NCBI GenBank assembly: GCA_052387675.1 | Contig: JBQTIY010000001.1 | Location: 160,227 to 224,226, forward strand | Direction of reading: 5' to 3' | DNA length: 64,000 bases | Source of the DNA: Planctomycetota bacterium | GTDB taxonomy: Bacteria > Planctomycetota > B15-G4 | Notes under the pieces: model-generated | What the model was told of the DNA's origin: nothing | What the model saw: the letters and a program-made list of their open reading frames with translations, nothing else | Database searches by the model: none | Translations under genes and position numbers: made by a program | Part shown: positions 27,282 to 36,454 of the stretch, in pieces | Layout: each line of letters begins with the position of its first letter | Numbering within the stretch: the stretch's first letter is position 1

Positions 27282-28333
27282 CGGCGCTGAAGCGGGAGAC
27301 TCTGGCCGGCAACACGGCCGCACGTTCGCTCGGTAAGCTGAGTTTCACCGCGCTCGAAACACTCTGCCGCGAATCAGCGGCGGCCTTTCTGCCCGATGCG
27401 GAGTCGGCCTGCGATCCGCGCGGACCGCTGCCGATCGCTTACTCGGAGAACCGGCGCAAGCGCCTGGGGATTCCGGGCTGCGTGGTGTGCGAGAGCCGCA
27501 CCTGCGCGGCCGTGGACTGGCATGCGCTGCCCGGCGAGGATCTCGCCTGGCTCACGCCGAATCTCTACCCCATCGTCGCGCCGCGTGTGGGCAGCGACGC
27601 GATGGGCGCCTCGGCCAGCGCAAGTGGCGGCGCGCACGGCGTGCATGGCATTCATTTGGTGCATTGGAGTTCCCTGCGGCACGACGGCGGCCTCATCGGC
27701 GCCGAGCCAGCCACGGCCGCGGCCCTCTTCGCGCAGCTTGCGCGCGCCGGCGAGTGGCTGCTGCACCACGCCGACGCCCAGTACCCCGAGAGCGGCGAGG
27801 GCCATCGCGGGCACGTCGGCCTGGTGAAAAACCGCGGCCGCACCGTGGGTGGTTCCGTGGAACACGATCACCAGCAGCTCATGCTTTCGAGCGTGCCCTT
27901 CGCCGAGCCGGCCGCCACACGCGACCTGGCCGCGGCGCTGCACGCGGCACCCGCCGCGCTGCGCGTGGACGACATCAACGGCCTGGCCACTACGCTTGTG
28001 CCGCCCTTCATGCGCCGCCCGCTGCACGCCTTCATCGTGCCGCGCCGATCGGTCACGCCGGCCGGCTGGCTGCACCATCTCGATGAGAAGGTGCGCGATG
28101 CCGTGGCCTTCGCCGTGGCGCGGCTCTGCCAAGCCACCTCCACGCTCATGGCGAACGAGGGCCGCGAGCCCGCCTGGAATCTCATCTGTCACGAAGGCCT
28201 CGGCTGCGAGCCGATCTTCGAGATGCGTCCTTTCACGCAGCCGCTCGGCGGCTACGAACATCTCGGGCTCTATCTCTGCGAGGAGCGGCCGGCCACGAGC
28301 GCCGCGCGCCTGCGCGCGGCGCTGCCCCGCTAA
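27278..28333 (+). CDS. GalT-like HIT-superfamily nucleotidyltransferase (HxHxQ motif), translationally coupled to thiG
   Basis: The GTG start overlaps the thiG TGA (GTGA at 27278-27281). EHDHQQL is an H-x-H-x-Q catalytic motif, and the upstream cysteine clusters (CGEC...CVVCESRTC) resemble the GalT zinc site. The ORF-track ATG at 27200 would overlap thiG by 80 nt. Confidence 0.65.
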   Translation: MTALKRETLAGNTAARSLGKLSFTALETLCRESAAAFLPDAESACDPRGPLPIAYSENRRKRLGIPGCVVCESRTCAAVDWHALPGEDLAWLTPNLYPIVAPRVGSDAMGASASASGGAHGVHGIHLVHWSSLRHDGGLIGAEPATAAALFAQLARAGEWLLHHADAQYPESGEGHRGHVGLVKNRGRTVGGSVEHDHQQLMLSSVPFAEPAATRDLAAALHAAPAALRVDDINGLATTLVPPFMRRPLHAFIVPRRSVTPAGWLHHLDEKVRDAVAFAVARLCQATSTLMANEGREPAWNLICHEGLGCEPIFEMRPFTQPLGGYEHLGLYLCEERPATSAARLRAALPR

Positions 28334-28361
28334 CGCCCAGCCGCTGCGGCGGCCGCGACGC

Positions 28362-28796
28362 TCAGCTCTTCGCGGCGAGCGCCTTGATGCGCCCCTGGAA
28401 AAACTCGAGGTAGCGCCGGCCCGCGGCCGTCTGCGTGGCGGCCCACTCGGCATTCTTGAAGGCGTGCGGCGCCACTTCCTCGCGATAGCGCGACACGTAG
28501 GGCTGCACCTTGGCGAACAGGAACAGGCCCTCGCCGCCATTCTCCACCAGGTACTCGGCGTTCACGATGCCGTGCCGCCCCATGCCATAGGCCATTTCCC
28601 AGTAGCTCGCCACCTGACGGTAGGCCTCGTTCTGCGGATGGTCGGGGCGCGTGACTGCCAGAAACTCTTCCCAGCTCTTGGGCCAGAACTTGCCCATCAT
28701 CGTGTCGCGCGAGGCGCGCATGACCTCCTCGCGGCGCAGCTCGTAGAGCTTGAGCACGAGTTCGGCATCGTGGTAATCGGCGGCCTCTTTGGACAT
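28362..28796 (-). CDS. Hypothetical protein (144 aa, K/E/Y-rich, compositionally distinct), terminal gene of the long minus-strand operon
   Basis: ORF-track ORF with good coding-like composition and no recognisable motif; 9-nt gap to the upstream PSOR gene. Confidence 0.45.
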   Translation of the reverse strand: MSKEAADYHDAELVLKLYELRREEVMRASRDTMMGKFWPKSWEEFLAVTRPDHPQNEAYRQVASYWEMAYGMGRHGIVNAEYLVENGGEGLFLFAKVQPYVSRYREEVAPHAFKNAEWAATQTAAGRRYLEFFQGRIKALAAKS

Positions 28797-28805
28797 GTGG
28801 ACTCC

Positions 28806-29936
28806 TCAGCGCTGGAAGATCGGAAGATAACCGACCGGCACCTGCAGAGTCAGCGAGACGATGGCCGTCGCGTAGACATTGCCGTAGTCGCCATTCCTGA
28901 ACTGCCCTTCAGGCTGCTGGCGCTCGGCGCTGTCGCGCACAAACTCCGGCCACCAGCGGTCGAAGGCGCGCTGGTCGGCGTGCTGCCAATAGGCCTGCGC
29001 GGCGTAAAGCGCGCCGTACTCCTGGAACATCTCGAAGCGGCCTTCGCCCAGGATCGGGTCGCTGCGCTGCAGCGCGTCGAAGCCCTGCTGCAGGCGCTCG
29101 CTGGAGTAGTCGCCCAGCGCGTTGAGCGTGGCCAGCGCGGCGGCCGTGAGCGCCCAGCTCGTCTTGGGATCGTTGAGCGCGTAGCGAAAGCGTCCGTCCA
29201 CCGGATTCTGCGAGGCCTTGAGATAGTCCTCGGCGCGGCGAATGACTTGGCGCTTCACGGCGAAACCCGCATCGCGTGCCGCGCGCAAGGCCTGCACCAT
29301 GCACACCGTGATCGAACCCTCGTGGTTGGTCGTGGCGCGCGGCTCGTAGTACCAGCCGCCCTGCTGGCCTTGGCTTGACTCGATCAAGTTCACGCCGCGC
29401 TGCACGGCGGCGCGCAGACGCTCCTCGCGCAGCGGATCCTGCCCCGACATGCCGCAGGCCTGCGTCAGCGCCAGCAGCGCGTAGCCCTGGCCGTGCATCT
29501 TGGAGACCGAGTCGGCATCGGTGGTGATGTAGCCGTCTTCGCCGCAGCGATCCACGAGCCAGTCGACCGCGCGGCGCACGGGCACGCCGTGGCGGCCGCG
29601 GTCGGGCAGATGCCCGGCGGCCATGAGCGACAGGGCCGCCAGAGCCGTCACGGCCACCGGCGCGGAGTGGCTGGCCTCGCTGCGCTCGATGGAAAAACTG
29701 CCGTCTTTGTTCTGGCGCGCGACGAGCCAGACGTGCGCGCGCTCGACCATGGCCTGCACGCGCACCGTCTGCAAGCGATCGTCCTGGCGCTGCGCGTGGC
29801 TGCTGCCCGAAGTCGTCGGCAGCGCCACCGCAGGGCCGGCCGACGTGGCCGCGAGCAGCGCCCCCGACAGCAGGCAGGCCGCGGCGATCACGGCCGGTCG
29901 TTCCGGTTGAGCGCGCGGATGTAGGCGTCCATCCAC
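28806..29936 (-). CDS. Secreted prenyltransferase/squalene-oxidase repeat (PSOR, alpha/alpha-toroid, QW-motif) protein
   Basis: Signal-peptide-like N-terminus. Repeated Q-x-x-x-G-x-W/F motifs (QNKDGSF, QGQQGGWYY, QQPEGQF). The C-terminus ...LTLQVPVGYLPIFQR is shared with the paralog at 35258-36454. Confidence 0.8.
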   Translation of the reverse strand: MDGRLHPRAQPERPAVIAAACLLSGALLAATSAGPAVALPTTSGSSHAQRQDDRLQTVRVQAMVERAHVWLVARQNKDGSFSIERSEASHSAPVAVTALAALSLMAAGHLPDRGRHGVPVRRAVDWLVDRCGEDGYITTDADSVSKMHGQGYALLALTQACGMSGQDPLREERLRAAVQRGVNLIESSQGQQGGWYYEPRATTNHEGSITVCMVQALRAARDAGFAVKRQVIRRAEDYLKASQNPVDGRFRYALNDPKTSWALTAAALATLNALGDYSSERLQQGFDALQRSDPILGEGRFEMFQEYGALYAAQAYWQHADQRAFDRWWPEFVRDSAERQQPEGQFRNGDYGNVYATAIVSLTLQVPVGYLPIFQR

Positions 29937-30607
29937 GTGCGGTAGCGCTCGGGCACGTCGTCCACGTGCAGATTCATCAGGCGCTCCTGCAGCTTGGGCG
30001 GCAGCACACCCCAGCGCGCGTCGGTGTCCTGACGCAGAAAGGGGTTGGTTGCGTCGGGCGGGAGGCCGCGGCCCTCGCGCTGATCGGCCGCCTCGGCATT
30101 GCTCTCTCCGTCGCGCGGCTGCTTGCCGTCGGCGCCTGCAGGCTGCTCCTCGGCACCATCCTGCGGACGCGGAGTGCCCGAGGGCTGCTGCTCGCCGCCT
30201 TGCGGCTGCGGCGCCCGATCGCCATCACGCTCGCGCGGCGCGCCCGAACTCGGCTGGCCCTGACCCTGCGCGCCCGAACTCGGGTCGCCCTCGCCGCCGC
30301 CGCCGCTGCTGGGCGAAGAGCTGCGCATGTACTTGACCTGCTTGATGAGTTCTTCGAGGTCGCGGATGGCGGCGCGATGACCATCGCGGGCCGCTTCGAT
30401 GCGACCGGCGGGCGTTTCGGCTTCGGCCGCTTCCTGCAAGGCGAGATCGACCGCCTCGAGCTGCGTGCGCACGCGCTTGGCCAGTTCCTCGGCCGGCGAA
30501 ACCTGCAGGGCGCTGGCCGCCGGCGCGCAGAGGAGGAGCGCACAGACTGCGCCACCAGCCCAACGCAGCGCGGTTCCTCGAGCCGGCGCCCTCGGTGCTG
30601 TCGTCAT
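29888..30607 (-). CDS. Secreted low-complexity (G/S/Q/P/E-rich) protein with a conserved C-terminal domain
   Basis: Signal peptide AVCALLLCAPAASALQ, a disordered middle, and the C-terminal ...RWGVLPPKLQERLMNLHVDDVPERYRTWMDAYIRALNR. 4-nt overlap with the upstream gene. Confidence 0.55.
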   Translation of the reverse strand: MTTAPRAPARGTALRWAGGAVCALLLCAPAASALQVSPAEELAKRVRTQLEAVDLALQEAAEAETPAGRIEAARDGHRAAIRDLEELIKQVKYMRSSSPSSGGGGEGDPSSGAQGQGQPSSGAPRERDGDRAPQPQGGEQQPSGTPRPQDGAEEQPAGADGKQPRDGESNAEAADQREGRGLPPDATNPFLRQDTDARWGVLPPKLQERLMNLHVDDVPERYRTWMDAYIRALNRNDRP

Positions 30608-33030
30608 GGTTGCTGTCCCTCCGCCTGCTGCATCATCTTGCTGAACATCTCGCTGACCTGACGGTGCTCGCCGGCCCAGCGATCAAGGAGCTCGCGCTCA
30701 AACTCGGCGAGATCGCCGTCCTCGCCCAAGGACGGATTGAGCCGCACGAAGTTGTCCAGGCGCGCGAGCGCGGCCAACTCCATGCGCTGAATGAGCAGAA
30801 GTTCCGCGACGGTCGGCACGAGCTGGGGCTTGGGCTGGCCTTCCGGCGACTCACTGCCCGCCGGCTGCTCCTCCATGGGCGCACCGCGGCGGCGCTCCTG
30901 CTCCTGCCGCAGCACGGCCAAGAGGTCGGCGAGTCCGCGACGGGCGTCCTCCTGGAGCGACTGCGTGAAGGGGCCGAGCTCCTCGCCGGCGAGCAGGTCG
31001 GCGGCATCGGCCAAGTCATCGCGGCTGCGACTGAGCGCAAAGGTGAAGGCCACGGCACCGTCTTCCTCGAGCTTGACGCGCAGTCCCTCAGACAGCGTGG
31101 AGAGGTCGCGCTCCTCGTCGGCCAGCTTGGCCACCGTGCGGCGCTGCCCGCGCGAGAGGCGCTGCTCTTCGTCGAGACTGGCGTGAAGTTCGCGCGTCTC
31201 CAGACAGGCCGCTTCGTGGCGCGTGAGCAGTGCGGAGAGTTCCTCGCCGAGCCGGAAGAGCGTTTCCTCCTGGCGGAGTTGCTCGTAGCGCTGACTCGTG
31301 CCGGCCAGCGTGTCGCGGGCCGCTTCGAGTTCCTCGGCGGCCTCTTCCTCGCTCTGCGCGGCCTCTTCGCTCTGGCCCTGACGCAGCGCGCCTGAAGCGC
31401 CGCCCATCGCTTGGCCGGCGCGCTGACCGCCCTCGCGGAAACTCTGGTCGGGCAGCTCGGCGAGCCGCTCCATCAGTTCGTGCAAGCGCTTTTGAAGCTC
31501 GTCCTGGCGCTCGGCCAGCGCCGCTGTTTGGGCTGCATCGGGCGGCGGGCGATCCGCCTCGCCCTGCGCTGCGCGAGCGCGCAGCATGGCCAGCAGTTCG
31601 TCGATGGAACGCTCGGCGGCCTGCGCAGCCGCCTGTCCGGGCTGCGCCTGGCCCTGCTCGGCTGCCTTCGCCAGCCGGGCGAGTTCCTCGAGTAGCTGAC
31701 GCGTGCGGTCCAGCAGCTCGGGACCGGCGGCGGGCTCGACGGCCTCAAGGCGCTGCGCCAACTCCTCGAGCTTGGCCGCATCCTGGGCGGCATCTTGCGA
31801 GGCGGTTTGCGCCAGCGCGCGAGCGCGGTTGCGCTGGGCATTGCTGCTGCGCTCGGCGCGGTCGAGCGCGGCCGCAGCCTCGCTCAGCTCTTCAGCGGCG
31901 GCCTCCATCTCAGTGCGCGCGGCTTCCAGCGCCTTCGCGGCTGCGGCCTCGGCCGGCGACTCGGCGCCGCTCTCGCCGCCCGCCTCGTTGCCACTCTCGT
32001 CACCGGGCGGTTCGGGGCCCTCGCCGCCGGCGGACTCCGCGGCTGCGGCCGCGGCTGCTTCGGCCGCTTCAAGTTGGCTGCGCGCGGCTGTCATCTTCTC
32101 GGCGGCAGCCGCAGCACGGGCCTCGGCCTCGGCGCGCGCCTGAGCGACGGCCTTCGAGAGTTCATCGGCTTCGGCTGCGCTGGCAGCCGGATCTCCGTTC
32201 GCGGGGTCGGTGCTCGCCGGGTCGGTGCCAGCTTTCGGCGCGGAGGCTGCGCTCGTCGCGGCCATGCGCTCGCGCAACATGGCCAGGGCCTCCTGCAGCA
32301 GAGCTTGCGTCGCGGCCGTGGGCTCTGCTTCCTCAGCGAGCTGGGCCTGCGCCTCGGCGAGGGACTCGGCCAACTCGGCCTCGCCCAGCTCCTGCTCCGC
32401 TCCCTGCAACTCGCCCAAGGCCGTGGCCGCCTGGCTCAGCGCGCGCTGCAGCGCCTCCGCCGAATTGAGCGCCTGCTCCACGAGTTCGCCGGGGCGATCG
32501 CTCGTGGCCCGCGTCTCGGCCAAAAGCCGGCGCTGATTCTCCGCGAGGTGCGAGAGTTCCGAGACGCCCTGGCGCGCCAAGTCGGCCTGGCGCTTGAGTT
32601 CATCGACTTCGCGGCGGTCGCGCAGCAGCGCGTACAGCTCCTGCAGCGAGTCGACGAGCTGGCCCTGCTGCTCAACGCTCGAGAGGCTGCTGCGTTCGAG
32701 GTTGCGCTCGAGCTCCCCGGCGAGGCTGAGCAGGCCGCGTTCATCGAAGCTGGCCAGGGCTTCGCGCAGCAGCGTGGCGTTGCGCGAGCGGCCTTCGTCC
32801 TCGTAGCGCTGCGCCAGGCGCTCCATCTTCTCGCGCAGCGTGCCGAGCCGCAGACCGATGCGCGACTGGTCGCGCTGCACACGCTGCAGTTCCGTCTCGG
32901 CGGCGCCGCCGTCATCTTGCCAGGGCGCCGCCCAGCCTGGCCCCGCGAGGAGGCTGCCGGCGCAAAGCAGCGCCGACAGCAGCCGAGCGCCGCCGCGCAG
33001 AAAGGGCCGGATCGTGGCTGAGCAGGCCAT
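30604..33030 (-). CDS. Secreted 808-aa coiled-coil protein (A/E/L/Q/R-rich)
   Basis: Signal peptide LLSALLCAGSLLAGPGWAAP followed by about 750 aa of heptad-like, low-complexity coiled coil. The start shares position 33030 with the stop of the upstream gene. Confidence 0.65.
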   Translation of the reverse strand: MACSATIRPFLRGGARLLSALLCAGSLLAGPGWAAPWQDDGGAAETELQRVQRDQSRIGLRLGTLREKMERLAQRYEDEGRSRNATLLREALASFDERGLLSLAGELERNLERSSLSSVEQQGQLVDSLQELYALLRDRREVDELKRQADLARQGVSELSHLAENQRRLLAETRATSDRPGELVEQALNSAEALQRALSQAATALGELQGAEQELGEAELAESLAEAQAQLAEEAEPTAATQALLQEALAMLRERMAATSAASAPKAGTDPASTDPANGDPAASAAEADELSKAVAQARAEAEARAAAAAEKMTAARSQLEAAEAAAAAAAESAGGEGPEPPGDESGNEAGGESGAESPAEAAAAKALEAARTEMEAAAEELSEAAAALDRAERSSNAQRNRARALAQTASQDAAQDAAKLEELAQRLEAVEPAAGPELLDRTRQLLEELARLAKAAEQGQAQPGQAAAQAAERSIDELLAMLRARAAQGEADRPPPDAAQTAALAERQDELQKRLHELMERLAELPDQSFREGGQRAGQAMGGASGALRQGQSEEAAQSEEEAAEELEAARDTLAGTSQRYEQLRQEETLFRLGEELSALLTRHEAACLETRELHASLDEEQRLSRGQRRTVAKLADEERDLSTLSEGLRVKLEEDGAVAFTFALSRSRDDLADAADLLAGEELGPFTQSLQEDARRGLADLLAVLRQEQERRRGAPMEEQPAGSESPEGQPKPQLVPTVAELLLIQRMELAALARLDNFVRLNPSLGEDGDLAEFERELLDRWAGEHRQVSEMFSKMMQQAEGQQP

Positions 33031-35261
33031 CAGTTCGGCCCTCGCGCGCCGGTGAGTGCGGCCTGCGTGCGTTCACGCAGCGCCTGTTGCTCATCGATGA
33101 GGGTCTTCACCACGAGCAGCACCTCCTGATAGTCCTCCCACTCCTCCATGCGACCGAGCAGGCTTTCCAGTCCGGCCAGGACGGCGAGCTGCGCCTCCTG
33201 CGCCGCGGCGAGCGTCTCGCTGCTGGGCTCGGTGAGAGCCGACTCCAAGAACTTGTGCGCGGCGGGCGAAAGATCCTGTTCGAGCATGAGCGCCACGCCG
33301 ACCATGTCGAGCAGGCGCCCCACGAGATCGAGCCGGCCGAAGGCGCCCGCAGTGTGCTCAGCGGCGAGCGTGCGCCAGGCCTGCGGTGCGAAGCCCTCGT
33401 CCACCGGCGCGGCCTGCCAGTCGGCCAAGCGGCGAGCCAGCACGCTGGCGGCGCCCGGCGCCGCGTCGAGGCGATTGAGCAGAAGTTCATCGAGCACGGA
33501 GCAGAGTTCGCGGGCCTCACGCGTGAGCCGCGCCGTGACCTGCTGCTGCGCGACAACCGCGCCGAGCAGCTCAGGATCATCGGCCGGCGGCGGCACGGCC
33601 ACCAGTTCGGCGACAGACTCGGCGGCCGTGCGCTGGCGCTCACGGATCGCCGCGAAAGCTTCTTTGACGCGCAACTGGCGGTCGGCCAGCAGCCGCTGCA
33701 CTTCGGCGTCATCCACGACTTCCAGGCGGCGGCCGTCGGCCGTGGCAAGCTGCGGTCCGCGCCCCGGCAGGTCGCGGCCATCCTGCGCCTCGAGCCGGTA
33801 GCTCAGCGCGCCGGACTGGCTCTGCGTGGACAGGTCCAGCAGATGCCGGCGCTGTGCCGGACGCGTTTCGTCCGCCACGAGGTCGAGCACGGTCTCGGTT
33901 GGCGCTGTCGCCACCGCGCCGCCGGAGGAGAGCTGCTGCGTGTGCAGGCGCACCGAGGCGATGCCGTGGTCGTCCTCGGCCAGCGCGGCAAAGGGCACGA
34001 CCGCGCGCGCGGTGACCTTCAGGTCCGAACGCGCCGGCGCAAAGACGCGCAAGGTCGGCGCGCGATCCTTGCGCACCATGAGCGGCAAGTGATCGGGATC
34101 GGGCGTCTCCAGACCCGCCTCGCCCACGAGCACCACCACCAGCGTGTCGGAAGCCTCGGCCACGAACTCCACGGTGGCCAGGCGCCCGCCATCACCTTCC
34201 GTCATGCGCAGCGGCAGTTCCTGGCCGGAGCTGAGCAGGCGCAGCAAGCCCGAGTGCACGCTGTCCGGCACCTCGCCGCTGAGCCGCAGGCGCGTGCCTT
34301 CATCCAGCATGAGGTCGGCGGCGGTGAGTTCGCGCGGCGCTTGGCCCAGATAGGCGGGCGGCTCGGCGAAGAAGCGCGGCTGCAAGAGCCGCGGCGGCTC
34401 GACGACCTGCAGCCTCAGCTCGGTGTCGGCGCCCGTGTCGTCGCCGCCGCGCACCCAAAGCACCGTGTCGCCGCGCTCGATCGGCAACCGGCCGCGCCAG
34501 GTGCCGTCGGCAGCCACGCTCAGCATGGCGGAGCGTTCGCCCTGCGCCCCGTCGACCACCACTTCTACGCGGTTCGGCGTGCGGCCTTCCACGCGTGCGC
34601 CCACTTCGAGCAGTCCGCCGCGCGCCACGAGCACGTCGCCGTCCTCCAGCACGCGGTGGCTGGGCCCGGCCGGCTCGAGTTCCAGAAAGAGACGCGTGTC
34701 GCGCGGCCAGGCCACGTCCTGCAGCGCCCAGCGCCGCGCAAAGACATCCAGCGGCGGGCGCGTGAGCCCCACGAGCGCGGCGATCAGCAGCAGCACGCCG
34801 CAGGAGAGCGCGCTGGTGCGCAGCGCCGGGCGCGAACGCAGCACTTGGCGCAAATCGTGTGTGCGGCAAAGTTCGGCGGCCTCGCCGTGCAAGCGCGAGG
34901 CGAGCGTGCCCTCCGCCCCGCTCTCCACTTGCAGTGCACTGATAATGCGCCCCTCGGCCTGCGGCAGCGCGCGCTCGACGAGCCGCGCCGTGTCGAGCCG
35001 GTCGGGGCCGCGCAAGAGCGGCCGACCCAAATGCCGCCACAGTTCACGCAGCAGCAGCAGCGCCACCAGCACCAGCAGCGCACCGCGCACGGGCACCGGC
35101 AGATTCAGCCAGCGATCGGCCAGGTAGAGCGTGGCCAATGTGGCCGCTAGGCGCGCGGCCACACGACACAGTCCGGCCGTGCTGCGCAGGAGCCGGATGC
35201 GCCCGCGCACCTGATCCAGGCGGCGCGTCAGCAGAGTGTGGCTCGGGGCGTTGGTGTTCAT
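33030..35261 (-). CDS. Large membrane-anchored hypothetical protein (743 aa, N-terminal TM hairpin, large extracytoplasmic domain)
   Basis: TM segments LAATLATLYLADRWL and ALLVLVALLLLRELW near the N-terminus and one more around residue 150. 4-nt overlap with the upstream PSOR gene stop. Confidence 0.6.
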   Translation of the reverse strand: MNTNAPSHTLLTRRLDQVRGRIRLLRSTAGLCRVAARLAATLATLYLADRWLNLPVPVRGALLVLVALLLLRELWRHLGRPLLRGPDRLDTARLVERALPQAEGRIISALQVESGAEGTLASRLHGEAAELCRTHDLRQVLRSRPALRTSALSCGVLLLIAALVGLTRPPLDVFARRWALQDVAWPRDTRLFLELEPAGPSHRVLEDGDVLVARGGLLEVGARVEGRTPNRVEVVVDGAQGERSAMLSVAADGTWRGRLPIERGDTVLWVRGGDDTGADTELRLQVVEPPRLLQPRFFAEPPAYLGQAPRELTAADLMLDEGTRLRLSGEVPDSVHSGLLRLLSSGQELPLRMTEGDGGRLATVEFVAEASDTLVVVLVGEAGLETPDPDHLPLMVRKDRAPTLRVFAPARSDLKVTARAVVPFAALAEDDHGIASVRLHTQQLSSGGAVATAPTETVLDLVADETRPAQRRHLLDLSTQSQSGALSYRLEAQDGRDLPGRGPQLATADGRRLEVVDDAEVQRLLADRQLRVKEAFAAIRERQRTAAESVAELVAVPPPADDPELLGAVVAQQQVTARLTREARELCSVLDELLLNRLDAAPGAASVLARRLADWQAAPVDEGFAPQAWRTLAAEHTAGAFGRLDLVGRLLDMVGVALMLEQDLSPAAHKFLESALTEPSSETLAAAQEAQLAVLAGLESLLGRMEEWEDYQEVLLVVKTLIDEQQALRERTQAALTGARGPN

Positions 35262-36454
35262 CGTTGGAAGATCGGCAGGTAGCCGTAGGGCAGCGAGAGA
35301 ATGATCGCCCCCACCGCGGTGGAGAAGGCCGGGCCCGGCCCCACCGGGCAGGGCAGGCTGCCGTCGGCGCGCTGCGCAGCGATGAGCTCACCCCGCACGC
35401 GCGGGTAATAGCTGCGCCAAGCCTGGCCGCCCACGACGTAGAGCGCCTGCGTGGCGTAGTAGTGGCCGTACCAGTAGAAGTAATGGAAGCCGTAGGGCGA
35501 ACGCGCCGAGACGAGGTCGTAGTTATCGATCAGAAAGCTGATGCTGGCCTGCAGGTCCAGCGTCTTCTCGCCCCCGCCCGGATCATTGCCGTAGACACCG
35601 GAGTTGTGCAGGGCCGCGATGCCCGCGGCCGTGAGCGCAAAGGAGGAACGCGAGCGCCCCTGGCTCACCTGATAGCGGAAGGAGCCGCGATCGGAGCGGT
35701 AGTAGCTGTCCCAGGAGCGTCCGCCGCCTTCGTTGTCGCTCACGTAGGAGCGCGCCACGTACTTGCGCGCCCGCTCGATCGTGCTCTTGGGCACGCGGAT
35801 GCCCACGTTGCGCGCGCCGCGCAGCGCGTTGAGCTGGCACACCGCGATGGACATGTCCGACTCGACGGCGTGCGGAACATAGCGCCACGCGCCCTCGGCG
35901 TTCTGCGCGGCCACGATGAGGTCCACCGCCGACTGCAGCTTGGCGCGCACATCCTGCCGGTCGGTCATGCCGTAGACCTCGGCCAGGAAGAGCGTGGCGA
36001 AGGCGTGGCTGTACATGCGCGTCTCGTTGCGCGTGATGAAGCCGTCGTCCTGCACGCAGGCCAGCACCGCGTCGGTGGCGCGCCGGATGACGTCGCCGTA
36101 GATGCCGCGTCCGGGTAAGTGCCCGGCCGACAGGAAGGCGATGCCGGCCAGCGCCGTGACGCCCACATGCGGCCGGTCATCGACGGTGACCTGATAACTC
36201 TGGTTGAGCTTGAAGCCCACGTCGGCGGTCCAGGTGCCGTCGGCGTTCTGCGTCTCGGCCAGATAGGCCAGCGCGCGTTCCACGGCCAGGATGGAGGCGG
36301 GCGTGATGTCTTCGTCCTGCGCCGGCATGGGCGCCGGCATGGGCGCCGACGGGGGCGCCGACGGGACCGCGGTCGCCGGCGCCTGCGCCGCGACAGCGCC
36401 GACCAGCAGCGTGACGCTGAGGGTCGCGCGCAACACAGCCGCGGGCAGGTTCAT
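35258..36454 (-). CDS. Secreted PSOR (prenyltransferase/squalene-oxidase repeat) protein, paralog of 28806-29936
   Basis: Start chosen at MNLPAAVLRATLSVTLLVGAVAAQAP (signal peptide); the ORF-track upstream extension is antisense junk. QW motifs QNADGTW, QNAEGAW, QRADGSLP. C-terminus ...LSLPYGYLPIFQR. The ATG overlaps the TGA of the upstream giant gene (36451-36454). Confidence 0.85.
   Translation of the reverse strand: MNLPAAVLRATLSVTLLVGAVAAQAPATAVPSAPPSAPMPAPMPAQDEDITPASILAVERALAYLAETQNADGTWTADVGFKLNQSYQVTVDDRPHVGVTALAGIAFLSAGHLPGRGIYGDVIRRATDAVLACVQDDGFITRNETRMYSHAFATLFLAEVYGMTDRQDVRAKLQSAVDLIVAAQNAEGAWRYVPHAVESDMSIAVCQLNALRGARNVGIRVPKSTIERARKYVARSYVSDNEGGGRSWDSYYRSDRGSFRYQVSQGRSRSSFALTAAGIAALHNSGVYGNDPGGGEKTLDLQASISFLIDNYDLVSARSPYGFHYFYWYGHYYATQALYVVGGQAWRSYYPRVRGELIAAQRADGSLPCPVGPGPAFSTAVGAIILSLPYGYLPIFQR

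Noticed and set aside
25872-27323. 483-aa minus-strand ORF
   Set aside because: Only the C-terminal roughly 181 aa (25872-26417), a hydrophobic membrane protein, look real. The remainder is antisense to thiG and Arg/His-rich.
28334-28361. Possible bidirectional terminator between the convergent GalT-like gene and the 144-aa gene (GC-rich partial palindrome CAGCCGCTGCGGCGGC)
   Set aside because: The stem is imperfect and no U-tract lies on either strand; too weak to call.
31230-32468. Multiple long ORFs (31230-32468, 31795-33021, 33087-35150, 35138-36118, 35258-37708 N-terminal half, 38698-40968, 43551-45326, 44189-45329) overlapping the Bat-like operon genes
   Set aside because: All are alternative-frame or antisense ORFs with Arg/Ala-rich translations lying inside better-supported genes that have signal peptides and domain motifs. 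For 35258-37708 only the C-terminal 398 aa, from MNLPAAV, are kept.
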